The notes under the pieces were generated by a model. It saw only the letters and a list, made by a program, of their open reading frames with translations. It searched no databases and was not told where the DNA came from. Shown here in pieces: positions 11,946 to 23,604 of a stretch of DNA of 39,959 nucleotides. Made by a program: the position numbers and the translations under genes. Source of the DNA: Octopus bimaculoides (Eukaryota); NCBI RefSeq assembly GCF_001194135.2, contig NC_068984.1:134978323-135018281 (forward strand), in the 5' to 3' direction. Positions within the stretch are counted from its first letter, which is position 1, and every line of letters begins with the position of its first letter.

Positions 11946-13964
11946 GAAGAACTCACACGCACACGATAGCACAAAAACATACACACATCCACAACATGTA
12001 TATCAGATACAAAATCTTAAGTGTATCATTAAACATTGACATTTCGCTTAATCGAAAGGGACCGAAGGAAACATATTTGAGTTTTAGCAGCTAGAAACAA
12101 GGTTTAAACTAATTTTGCAAGGGTCCGTTATCTCTTATTCCACAGCTGTTGAAAGTAAGGATAATAAACAATTTGCTAGTGTGCAATCAATTTTATACCA
12201 GTTACAATAAAAGTTGAATATTTGTACGTGGTTGTCACTCGAGTATTACTTACTAGTCTACCAATACTTGTGCTATGTTCATGTATCTGATGAAGATGTA
12301 TATCATTCAGAATCTATTCCCACATCAAGACTAAATATATGGCTCTATATACATATTTATTCACACCTCACAATGAACAACATTAATGGCAATGATAATT
12401 AATGGCAATAAAAATTTCTCACTCCAAAAGCATGAAAATGCTTACAAAAGGAAGTCAACAAATAACACCGTGTGTTACTCAACATGCGACACACAATCAA
12501 CCGATCTTTTCATATAACACCCGACCGATTTATGGAAGTAAAGCACTTTACAGAATGTACTCAGCACTACAATCTTTTAAAATAATACAGACGAGATTGA
12601 CGTCGATAAAATACATTTTATCATAAATGAGTTCGATCTGACTTGACCCGGTGATAAAACAACAACGATTTGCAAAGTTATAGAACAATTTATCGTCATT
12701 GTTATAAAGAGTGGAAAATCTAGATCGTGAGAGATGGAGTGGTTACGGCTGGAACGACTTCTTTGATGACACGTCTATTTGATGAATAGTTAGCTGCGCT
12801 AAAGTATTACCAACAAAAAGAAAAAAAAAGAAAACAACATTAGCGGTTTCACTCTGACTTCCTTGTATTCTCGGTCCTGCATATTTCTATAGACGTCAAA
12901 TTGCGCTTGTATGGATGTGTGTACGTGTTTAAGTGTATATGTTTGTGTTTGTGTGTGTATATGTGTGTTGTGCTTCTCTGTCACTATATGCCATAGTGTC
13001 TCTCAATCTCAAATGTAAATTATCTTAGAGGTAGGCCAGTTATTACTTCAAGCGGAATATTATACTATAAGATCTTCCGACATGACGCCTATTTATGAAG
13101 TGATTTCCGAAAACCTCGCGTATACTTTAGATGAAGCTATTTAACACAGGAAACGTTACAATACTACTAACGCAGACGACTAGTTTTGATGTGAAATAGG
13201 ATTCTAATGAACGCAGCAGGCAGGATTCTTGTCAGTGTTTCTCTTTGNNNNNNNNNNNNNNNNNNNNNNNNNNNNNNNNNNNNNNNNNNNNNNNNNNNNN
13301 NNNNNNNNNNNNNNNNNNNNNNNNNNNNNNNNNNNNNNNNNNNNNNNNNNNNNNNNNNNNNNNNNNNNNNNNNNNNNNNNNNNNNNNNNNNNNNNNNNNN
13401 NNNNNNNNNNNNNNNNNNNNNNNNNNNNNNNNNNNNNNNNNNNNNNNNNNNNNNNNNNNNNNNNNNNNNNNNNNNNNNNNNNNNNNNNNNNNNNNNNNNN
13501 NNNNNNNNNNNNNNNNNNNNNNNNNNNNNNNNNNNNNNNNNNNNNNNNNNNNNNNNNNNNNNNNNNNNNNNNNNNNNNNNNNNNNNNNNNNNNNNNNNNN
13601 NNNNNNNNNNNNNNNNNNNNNNNNNNNNNNNNNNNNNNNNNNNNNNNNNNNNNNNNNNNNNNNNNNNNNNNNNNNNNNNNNNNNNNNNNNNNNNNNNNNN
13701 NNNNNNNNNNNNNNNNNNNNNNNNNNNNNNNNNNNNNNNNNNNNNNNNNNNNNNNNNNNNNNNNNNNNNNNNNNNNNNNNNNNNNNNNNNNNNNNNNNNN
13801 NNNNNNNNNNNNNNNNNNNNNNNNNNNNNNNNNNNNNNNNNNNNNNNNNNNNNNNNNNNNNNNNNNNNNNNNNNNNNNNNNNNNNNNNNNNNNNNNNNNN
13901 NNNNNNNNNNNNNNNNNNNNNNNNNNNNNNNNNNNNNNNNNNNNNNNNNNNNNNNNNNNNNNNN

Positions 13965-14003
<39 letters not shown>

Positions 14004-14186
14004 GTATATGTACGCACACGATTACGATTTAGTTATGATGTGCGATACGATAGGAAGATATATGTTGAATGAAAAAACAGTAATAATGCAGAAAATGCAT
14101 GCATATAGACATACACAGGTCCTGTGCGCTGAAGGGGCTATAGAGACTTGAAATCACATGCTCTTTCTAACTTCATATTCTTTTAC

Positions 14187-14448
14187 CTATTCTCAGCTAC
14201 TGCTACCAGCATTGTGATGATAATATTTAACAAAAAGCCATAAACATTTTTAAAGTCTGGCCATAAATCATCAGGCGACTTATATGCTTCAATTCCGCGT
14301 AAAGATGAAGATATTTCAGGCTCTTCCCATGTTATTTTTTTCCTAAATATTGTCCTATCCCCTAGCTTCAGCTTTGCCCATTCAACGTAACGATCCGTCC
14401 ACCATGTTGTCACACGCCATACTTTAACGCTATGGTGATGACGAAGAC
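14187..14448 (-). CDS. Candidate exon, 262 nt, phase 1-2 (GLRHHHSVKVWRVTTWWTDRYVEW...LWPDFKNVYGFLLNIIITMLVAVAEN); alternatively a hAT transposase C-terminal remnant
   Basis: ttatctag| acceptor and AG|gtaaaa donor bound the 97-aa ORF 14183..14476; FKNVY..L..I..T..V.VA..R also resembles the hAT dimerisation motif FPNVYIALRILLTIPVTVASAER. Confidence 0.33.
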
Positions 14449-15171
14449 CTAGATAACGTGTTGTGACAAATGTCACGATTACTCATTGTTTTAAAGGTGA
14501 GAATTTTTACTAATTTTGTTCGTACTTTTTGTAGTACAGTATATTTGTAATCATAGGACACAGCACGAAAACTTTCAGCGACTGCAATTCATGTTACATA
14601 TGCCGAAAGTTACCAAAGTATACCAAAGTATCATATTAAAAAATAAATACCCACGCATTAAAGCTACTGCATACCATTGTTTTGTAGCCAAACAGCGAGG
14701 AAAGAATGGCATTTCTTAGATATAGGTTAAAAAGAGAATTTTTCTCCGAGTGAAGGATTTATACATATACAGGATTTATATATATATCACGTATATTTAT
14801 ACATATACGTGACAACAACTAAACACAAAACACAAACACGTTCACACAACTTTATATAAATATAACGCATTATTGTTCTTATTTTTGTCCGAAATCGGCG
14901 AAAAATTGAAATAATTATTAATGTCTTTATAAAACAACTCGAAAAAGTTGCTACAGAAGGAATGAGTCAATATTGAAGAACATGGCAAAAAAACGTAACC
15001 TCAACAGCTAGAACGTTGTTAAACATGTCGTGATCTTCTGGACTTACTACTACTACTACTACTACAAGATCGATAACAACAACATGCCTTAGAAAGTAAA
15101 GAGTTGGAAGACATGTGGCTAAATATTTTGTTTGACGCACTGCAGATTCTACCAGTTAGCTGTCTTAATAA

Positions 15172-15385
15172 TGGCTTCAAATTTTGGCGAAGGGAGTGCA
15201 GCATTTTAGGAGAGGGGGAGTCGATTATATCGAACTTAGTGCTTGTCTGATATTTATTTTGTTAACACTGAAGAGGTGAAAGGCAGAGTTGACCGCGGTA
15301 GAATTTGAACTCAGAATGTAAAGATAGACAAAATACCGCTAAGTATTTCGCCCGACGTGCTAACGATTCTGCCAGCTCGCACTCT
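15172..15385 (-). mobile_element. SINE family 1, minus strand, head-to-head with the 15412 copy
   Basis: Reverse complement aligns with 15418-15570. Confidence 0.9.
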
Positions 15386-15411
15386 GGCCGTCTTCATAAT
15401 AACAGTGCTTC

Positions 15412-15845
15412 AAGGCAGCGAGCTGGCAGAAACGTTAGCACGCCTGGCGAAGTACTTAGCGGTATTTCGTCTACCACTATGTTCTGAGTTCAAATTACGC
15501 TGAGGTCGACTTTGCCTTTCATCCTTTCGGGGTCGATTAAATAAATACCACCTACGCATTGGAGTCGATATAATCGACTTAATCCGTTTGTCTGTCCTTG
15601 TTTGTCCCCTCTGTGTTTAGCCCCTTGTGGGCATTATAGAAATAACAAACGTTAGTATGCCAGGCGAGATGCTTAGCAGTATTTCGTCTGTTTTAGGTTC
15701 TGATTTCAAATCCCACCGAGGTCGACTTTGCCTTGCATCCTTTCGGGGTTGATACATTAAGTACCAGTTACGTACTGAGGTCGATCTAATCGACTGGTTC
15801 CCTCCTCCGAAATTTCGGGCCATGTGCTTAGAGTGGAAAAGAATA
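15412..15845 (+). mobile_element. SINE family 1 dimer (monomer A with gtttgtctgtccttgtttgtcccc tail + monomer B with ccctcc..aaatttcgggcc..tgtgc.tagagt.gaaaagaat tail)
   Basis: Same dimer organisation at 17352-17845. Confidence 0.92.
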
Positions 15846-15861
15846 ATAATAACAGTACTTT

Positions 15862-16102
15862 AAGGCAGCGAGCTGGCAGAAAGGTTAGCACGCCGGGCGA
15901 AATACTTAGCGGTATTTCATCTGCGAGATGCTTAGCAGTATTTCGTCTGTTTTATGTTCTGAGTTCAAATTCCGCCGAGGTCGACTTTGCCTTTCATCCT
16001 TACGGGGTCGATAAATTAACTACCAGTTGCGCATCGGAGTCGATCTAATCGACTGGTCCCCTCCCCCAAAATGTCGGCCTTGTGCCTACAGTAGAAAAGA
16101 AT
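15862..16102 (+). mobile_element. SINE family 1, internally deleted dimer (A head joined to B monomer)
   Basis: Head restarts at cgagatgcttagcagtatttcgtctg (~15924), the same variant as in the preceding B monomer. Confidence 0.88.
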
Positions 16103-16114
16103 GATAGCAAAATT

Positions 16115-16550
16115 TCTTTCAAAATTTTGGTACAAACCAGCAATTCTTGAGCATGAGGTTAATCGATTACATCGACCCTAGTTCTTGACTGATACTTTAT
16201 CATATCGACCCCAAAAGATGTAAGGCAAAAGTGAAATGGGTGGAACAAGAAAAGAGACCGTAACAAGGAAGGAGAAATAGAGCAAATCATTTGTTCCCAC
16301 AAAACAACGGTTCGGCCACCCTCGAACTTTTTAAAAATAATTGTTTGTAATTTAGCATCAAGACCAGCAATTATACGGGAGGCGTTAATCGATTATATCG
16401 ATCACAGTGCTTATACTGTATTTTATGAACTTCAAATGAATGAAAGGCGAAATTGAAATAAAGAAAAAATTTGGACTCAGAATCCGAAGAACCAGAAGAA
16501 ATACTGCAAGTCTTTTTGACCGACGTTCTTACGATTCTGGCAGGTCATCA
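16115..16550 (-). mobile_element. Two older degenerate SINE family 1 copies (~16115-16235 and ~16345-16550)
   Basis: aatcgatta.atcga, tcgaccccaaaagatg.aaggcaaa, ggactcagaa and cgattctggcag motifs. Confidence 0.7.
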
Positions 16551-16554
16551 CCAT

Positions 16555-16555
16555 C

Positions 16556-16614
<59 letters not shown>

Positions 16615-16632
16615 TGATGATGATGATGATAA
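16555..16632. repeat. (AAT)n(GAT)n microsatellite
   Basis: Directly visible. Confidence 0.95.
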
Positions 16633-16827
16633 TAGAGAGAGAACACAGGGACCTGTAACTTATATTAAATTGCACAAATATTCGTTGAAGCCGTTGCTTA
16701 TGGATCCAGTTCATAATGATATATAACCGCCTCTGCTGCTGTTGACATTCCGATTGATCATTCGGTTCGGCGGCTCTTCAATACAAAGCAAATCGCTAGT
16801 AGCTTGTTGAAAGGAATTATCATTTAC

Positions 16828-16870
16828 CAATGTGCTCATGGAAACCATTGCAGCGTTTCGTTAACTGGCG
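16828..16870 (-). CDS. Candidate micro-exon, 43 nt, phase 0-1 (RQLTKRCNGFHEHI)
   Basis: tttcag| acceptor and TTG|gtaaat donor; only one frame is open; phases bridge 25857-26007 and 14187-14448. Confidence 0.22.
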
Positions 16871-17351
16871 CTGAAATTTCCATAGGATTACAATGGCAGA
16901 ATTTCGAGTATGAGCAACCATGTACGGTGATTTACATTTTAACACATCATATTTCCGTTATTTAGCATATAGAAAGAAGCCCGATATATCAGAACACACA
17001 AAAGATTCAGACTCATAACGCGTATACGTTATGAATGGTCAGCGTTATAAAATGAAATATGATACGTATTTACTAAACTTTTTCCATCTCCATCTTTCGC
17101 CTTCTCTCTCTTTGAAATTTTCGCTTTATCAAAGTAATATTTTGTTAGTCTATTTTCAGTAGCTACTACATCCTTAGTTACTTCTCACTACAGAGAAATC
17201 TTTACCTTGTAATGTTTGCGTACGTGTCTAACACCACTCGTCGAGTTGAGTAAACTCTACTTATTGTGTAGTGTATTTTCTACTAAGAGTAGTTCACTAT
17301 ATCGAAACGTATGTAAACATTATTGGAGGAATATTGGAGTAATACTCGTAT

Positions 17352-17845
17352 AAAGCGGCTAGCTGGCAGAAACGTCCGCACGCCGGGGGAAATGCTTAGC
17401 GGTATTTCGTCCGCCGCTACGTTCTGAGTTCAAATTCCGCCGAGGTCGACTTTGCCTTTCATCCATTCAGGGTCAATTAAATAAGTAGCAGTTACGCACT
17501 GGAGTCGATATAATCGATTTAATTCGTTTGNNNNNNNNNNATAAGTAGCAGTTACGCACTGGAGTCGATATAATCGATTTAATTCGTTTGTCTGTCCTTG
17601 TTTGTCCCCTCTGTGTGTAGCCCCTTGTGGGCAATAAAGAAATAAGAAACGTTAGCACGCCGGGCGAAATGCTTAGTAGTATTCCGTCTGTATTTACGTT
17701 CTGAGCTCAAATTCTGCCGAGGTCGACTTTGCCTTTCATCCTTTCGGGGGTCGATAAATTAAGTACCAGTTGTGTCCTGGGGTCGATCTAATCAACTGGC
17801 TCCCTCACCGAAATTTCGGGTCTTTTGCCTGGAGTAGAAAAGGAG
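17352..17845 (+). mobile_element. SINE family 1 dimer
   Basis: Aligns with 15412-15845; contains a scaffolding duplication around a 10-N gap. Confidence 0.92.
17481..17590. other. Assembly artefact: exact 50-bp duplication (17481-17530 = 17541-17590) either side of a 10-N gap
   Basis: Identical 50-mers flank nnnnnnnnnn; other SINE copies carry this segment once. Confidence 0.9.
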
Positions 17846-18944
17846 TAATGCCCGTATGATTTTTCCATTTAGTATATTTCTGTTACTCTTCAGAAATAGT
17901 TTCTAAAAGTTTCGATTGAAAATACAAAGAAGTATTTGCAAATCACAAACCTGGGTGCAGATGAAGCTGATAAGAATGAATTACAAATGCACAGACGTTC
18001 CTCTACAAATACACGCCTAGAAGTGTTTGAAAAGTGCATACTCAATATAATATGAATTCCTGACACACACATACGTATACCAACTGAGAAGTTTTGGGTG
18101 ATTCAAGATCAGCTATGTGTTAATTGTGAAAAAGACAATTAAAATTTATGGTCAATAAGCATCTTACTAACTATAAAACTATATAATATTAACAGTAGAT
18201 AAACAAAGTTAATTGATTCTTAGAAAACTGTTAGTCTAGAAACAATGGAGATTACATCTACACTTAAAATAGAATAGCATGAATCTGAAGAATCTCTCCA
18301 GAATTGCTAATCAGTTATAATGTAATAACCTCCTGTATATTTTCAGTTTGATATCATGAGTTTTATTGTAATCTGTTACAACATCACTATAAACTCGAGC
18401 ATAAGCTTTCGCCGATATCATTGTAAACTTTGCCAAACCCGATATAATCCGTTTACAAACTAGACAGCCTCTCTATTATTTCGGAAATGCGGTCTGGATT
18501 AAAAAACACAAGACAGACTACAACAATGGCAACAAAAAAAGAATGAAGAGAATTGATGATGATGGAGTTCTGGATGCAGTTAACGAGGAGAAAGTGTGTG
18601 AAATCTTTGATGAATATTATTTAATGCGCAAAAGGCTTCCTATATCGAGCAGAGGGACTTTGTCAGAATGACTTATTATTAGTCTCGAAATACGAAGAGA
18701 TATAATGTAGACAGATGAAAAGCAAAAACATATTATTTTAGTGTTCAACAAAATAGAGCTGCAAAATTATTCTTGCTAGCATTTTACCAAAATACATTTT
18801 TCTAAAATCAAATTTAGACATTGAAAATTTCTAAGTATAATGAAAGTTTATTTTATACCAGGTTTTGTCTCGCAGAAATCTCCGATAGTTAGCAGAAGTA
18901 ATCGCCACTGTCTGTAAATCTAGAGGCTTTTGTAATAGTTTACA

Positions 18945-18982
<38 letters not shown>

Positions 18983-19589
18983 TTAATTGTCCAGTTCTCT
19001 ATCTCTTGAAGGAAGACATGGAAATGGAAAATCTTGAGTCGTGATCTCGTTATTAGTTTGAAAAACTAAGGAATTCCTCCTTTAAGTTAAGTTAGTCTTA
19101 CTTCCTTTTAAAAGCGAGTAATTATTATAAGTCTTTTAATGGGAATTTCAAGACATCTTACTTTTATTGCAGAATTTTGAGCAGCTCTTTTCACTTCACC
19201 TAAGGCAAAACTTAAGTCATCTAATACAAATATTAAACGAACGTGTTGGTATAATTACAGAAATTTAGTAATTTTCTGTTCAATGGAAACTGCCTGGCTA
19301 TTTCTTGGTACGAAGTGACAATGTGGAGTTAAGCGCTCGGTAGTAATGGTTTTCATGAATTAGTTTGATTAAAATGGTTTTAAAACGAGCATTCATTAGT
19401 CAACTGAAACAGGAAATTTGCTCGCGGACATTCAAACTGAAATTGGAAATGAAGTTAAAAGAGTAACAGACCCTTTAATATAAAGTGACCTGTCATTTTT
19501 TTTGCACTTTCTTCCCAGCGTGTAACAGTAGAGGGAGTTATTCATCTTTGCTTAACAGGAAACAATTTAATATTAATGAAGTAATAAAA

Positions 19590-19802
19590 GTGGCGAGTGA
19601 CAGAAGCGTTAGTATGCCGGGTAAGATAAGATGATTAGCGGTATTTCGTCCTGATGTATGTTCTGAGTTCGAACTTAGCCGGGGTGGATTTTCCTTCACC
19701 CTTTTTGCGTCAATAAAATCAAATCTAGTGGAGCACTGAAGTTGATATAACTGACTTAAGCATTCTCGCAAAATGGTTGCGTTTTGCTAGAATTTGAAAC
19801 CA
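19590..19802 (+). mobile_element. Old degenerate SINE family 1 copy
   Basis: ggcgagtgacagaagcgttagtatgccgg...ttagcggtatttcgtc...gttctgagttcgaa...agaatttgaaacca. Confidence 0.8.
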
Positions 19803-20109
19803 ATATTAATGAATCAGGAGAATGATTAACGACCAAATATCTTCAGTATTTATTTATATAAAACCAGTAAATATGCTGAGTCCATTCCTTAACACAAGTC
19901 TGACAAATATTTGTTCCTGTGAGCTTTTAATTTCAGCCATATTTTCTGTTTAGCTAATTCATTTCTCTTCATCAAATTCATCTGTGTCGAGTTGCAGACA
20001 GCTTTTCAATAGCTTACATGTATTTTTATATATATATTCATATAGATACATATACATACATGCATACATACATACATACATACATACATACATACATACA
20101 TAATTACAA

Positions 20110-20892
20110 AGGCACGCATGGCTATGTGGTAAGAAGCTTGCATCGTTACCACATGGTTCCAGGTTCAGTCCCAGCGCGTGGCATCTCGAACAAGTGTCTT
20201 GTATTATGGCTTCGGGCCGATCAAAGCCTTGTGAGTGGATTTGGTAGATGGAAACTGGAAGCAGCCTGTCGTATATATATATATATATATATATATATAN
20301 NNNNNNNNNNNNNNNNNNNNNNNNNNNNNNNNNNNNNNNNNNNNNNNNNNNNNNNNNNNNNNNNNNNNNNNNNNNNNNNNNNNNNNNNNNNNNNNNNNNN
20401 NNNNNNNNNNNNNNNNNNNNNNNNNNNNNNNNNNNNNNATATATAATATATATATATATATATATGTAGGGAGAATTCACAAAAAAAAAACCGGAAGATG
20501 AAGAAAGGTGGTGTAGACAACAAACAGAGGTGTTAGTTAAAACGCTCGGGAAGTGAATAAGTCTTTCATGTTTCGAGCCTACGCTCTTCCACAGAAAGGG
20601 ACACAGAAAGAATCAAGGAAAGAAATTAAAGAATATGGAGTGACTAGCGATCTATCATCGCTAACTATATTTATGTGTCTGAGTTTGTTCCACCCCACCA
20701 TCGCTTGACAACCGATGCTGGTGTGTTTATGGTCCCCGTAACTTATCGGTTCGGTAAAAGAGACCGATAGAACAAGTACTATGCTTACAAAGAATAAATT
20801 CTGGGGTCGATTACTTCGCCCAACACCCTTCAAGGCGCTGCTCCAGCATGGCCGCAGTCAAATGACTGAAACAAGTGAAAGAATAAAAGAAG
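20110..20892 (+). mobile_element. SINE family 2 (head 20110-20272, tail ~20680-20892) split by an expanded (TA)n, a gap and a nested pLTR-like fragment
   Basis: Head and tail both align with 8945-9353. Confidence 0.88.
20469..20658 (-). mobile_element. Penelope-like terminal repeat copy nested inside the SINE microsatellite
   Basis: Aligns with 2094-2276 up to ctagcgatctatcat; minus strand reads ctttCTGTGGAAGAGCgtagGCTCGAAACATGaaag. Confidence 0.65.
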
Positions 20893-21466
20893 AAAAGTCT
20901 ATATTCACACGTTTTTCATATTGTTTCTATACATACTAAACTTGCTAATTGTTATAATTGTTTCTATGTTTAGTTTCTAGTTTTCTATTCCTCAATTGCT
21001 TTTTTTCGTATGATATTTTACCAGGGGTAGCGGTTTCATTTGATAAATCGATGTATGCATTCCATTATCACTGGTTTTCTTTCCCGTTACTTATTGTCCA
21101 TTATTCCCGTCTAAAGGTTTATAGTTTTTCTAACTGCAGTCCAGTCGCTTCTCATTTAGCAATTGCATTCAATTAGCATCGCTAAAGAGCTGCTTCTACT
21201 AAATGGTAATTTGTTTATCGTTTACTATACTTTGCTGGGGCTGAAGCCGGATTTAAGCTTCAGTTATTTCATTTCTCGTTTATTTAGAGAGGCTATATCC
21301 TTTTGTTACTAGCTGTCTTTTTCTGTGCAAATTTTAATATTTTTCTGAGGTCCATTTCTTTTATTAGCAACGGTCCGGTGATCTAAAGTTCTCTTATAGC
21401 TGACATGTTATACAATTATACAGATGCAAACGTTTCCATGCATACGCAACCGCACACACACACAAA

Positions 21467-21509
<43 letters not shown>

Positions 21510-21549
21510 TTGTATATATATGTATATATATATACATATATATATATAT

Positions 21550-21703
21550 CCGTGTTTTTCTCCTTGTCTCCGTATTCTTTCTGTTGAAGAGCGTAGCTCG
21601 AAACGTCAAAGACTTTCCGTATTCCCGAGCGTCATACTAATATATACTTTTGTTATTTACACCACCTGTCCTCGTCTGTTGTTATTATTTGTATATTCTC
21701 CCA
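21550..21703 (+). mobile_element. Penelope-like terminal repeat copy with the best-preserved A6U hammerhead-like motif (21576-21612)
   Basis: tcttt-CTGTTGA-A-GAGC-gta-GCTC-GAAA-CGTC-aaaga; TA-rich repeats on both sides. Confidence 0.65.
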
Positions 21704-22027
21704 TATACATATNNNNNNNNNNNNNNNNNNNNNNNNNNNNNNNNNNNNNNNNNNNNNNNNNNNNNNNNNNNNNNNNNNNNNNNNNNNNNNNNNNNNNNNN
21801 NNNNNNNNNNNNNNNNNNNNNNNNNNNNNNNNNNNNNNNNNNNNNNNNNNNNNNNNNNNNNNNNNNNNNNNNNNNNNNNNNNNNNNNNNNNNNNNNNNNN
21901 NNNNNNNNNNNNNNNNNNNNNNNNNNNNNNNNNNNNNNNNNNNNNNNNNNNNNNNNNNNNNNNNNNNNNNNNNNNNNNNNNNNNNNNNNNNNNNNNNNNN
22001 NNNNACATATATATAATACCATATATG

Positions 22028-22061
<34 letters not shown>

Positions 22062-22840
22062 TATATGCATATGTATTCACACACACACACATACACACAC
22101 ATATATATATATATATGTATATACATGCATCTGTGTGTGTATATATTTAGTGATGTATGCAAACACATGCATGTTTATTTCCATGCATTCATGTGCAAAT
22201 CTGTTTTTGTGCCTGTTTACACACACACACACACACACACACATGCACACACATACACAAAATCATGTTGGTATGTATTTACATATATGTGTGGCAGATA
22301 TGGTAGTTCCTGGACGACTTCACCAATGATTAGATGAATTAATATTTGTGCAGGTAATTGTATGCGTACCGACTGATGTGCCATTATTAAGTAATACTTA
22401 ATGTCAATTGGTATTAATAATAAATATGTCCCTATACTGCCTGGATGGCTTACATTTTGTTGTTTCTTGACTATCGTCCCTTTTTCCGTGGGTTGATTTC
22501 TGTTTAGTTTATTGCTTTTTTGATGGTATCATTGCTGTGTCTCTATTTGTATTTCCGCTCTTGTTGCGTTATTGTGTGTCTAACCTCCTTAGGAGTTAAA
22601 GCCATTTTGTCAAATGTGTACATTTCGGCGTTTACAATATTATGCCATTTCGCTTCTTTTCATTTCTTATCATGTTCGTTGTGTAAATGTGTTATTTTTG
22701 CTGCGATACGAGCACATCATGTTAATACTTAATTTAGAGACTGTTAAACTCTACATATTGTGCAGAGTATTTTCTACTAAGAGTAGTTCATTGTATTGAA
22801 ACGTATGTAAACAGTAGAATATTGGAGTAATATTCGCATT

Positions 22841-23071
22841 AAGGCAGCGAGCTGGCAGAAACGTTCGCACGCCGGGCAAAATGCTTAGCGGTATTTCGTC
22901 TGCTGTTACTTTCTGAGTTCAAATTTCGCCGAGGTCGACTTTGCCTTTTATGCTCTCGGGGTCGATTAAATAAGTACCAGTTACGCACTGGGGTCGATGT
23001 AATCGACTTAATCCTTTTGTCTGTCCTTGTTTGTCCGCTCTATGTGTAGCCCCCGGCGGCCAATAAAGAAA
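22841..23071 (+). mobile_element. SINE family 1, monomer A
   Basis: Aligns with 17352-17645. Confidence 0.92.
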
Positions 23072-23507
23072 TATATATAAGAACTATTTACATTGACATC
23101 CCTACGGTGGTTTATTAGGCAAATGCATTACTATTACTATATTCTCTTTTACAAATAATGCCTCTTCGAATGAAACAGACTGGAACAATATGTACATTCA
23201 AGAAAGAGACAGCTGACAACAATTGGAAATCGAACTGATCTGATTGCGATATACGCTACAAACACTAAGGATTACTGTAATGGTGCAAAGTGATTATCCT
23301 CTTAACCTGACATTTTTTGGCAAATTTACCACAGTTTTTATATTGATAAGGAAATCGGCGCAGATGTTGGTAATGTGAGACTAGGTTTCGTATAACTATC
23401 TAAAAATGTGTTAGGGAGATGAAGATGGACAAAATATATACACAAATATAAATTATATATAAATTGTGAATTTTGTACGCACACATACACACTCACGCAC
23501 ATACACA

Positions 23508-23569
23508 TGTATGTATGTATGTATGTATGTATGTATGTATGTATGTATGTATGTATCTTTCTCTCCCTC

Positions 23570-23604
<35 letters not shown>

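Noticed and set aside
14197-14496. Plus-strand exon-like segment (ctaac branch + ttctcag| to AAG|gtgaga)
   Set aside because: Stops in all three frames and it overlaps the better minus-strand candidate; cannot be supported without RNA data.
15172-16550. Regularly recurring similar segments that could suggest a CRISPR-like array
   Set aside because: Units are 200-430 bp SINE copies of mixed orientation in eukaryotic DNA; no short constant repeats with unique spacers and no cas genes.
17481-17590. Apparent 50-bp internal duplication in a SINE
   Set aside because: Exact copies either side of a 10-N gap indicate an unmerged contig overlap.
22520-22799. Hydrophobic 70-aa and 61-aa ORFs
   Set aside because: T-rich low-complexity strand, no paired splice sites; partly overlaps the duplicated SINE leader.
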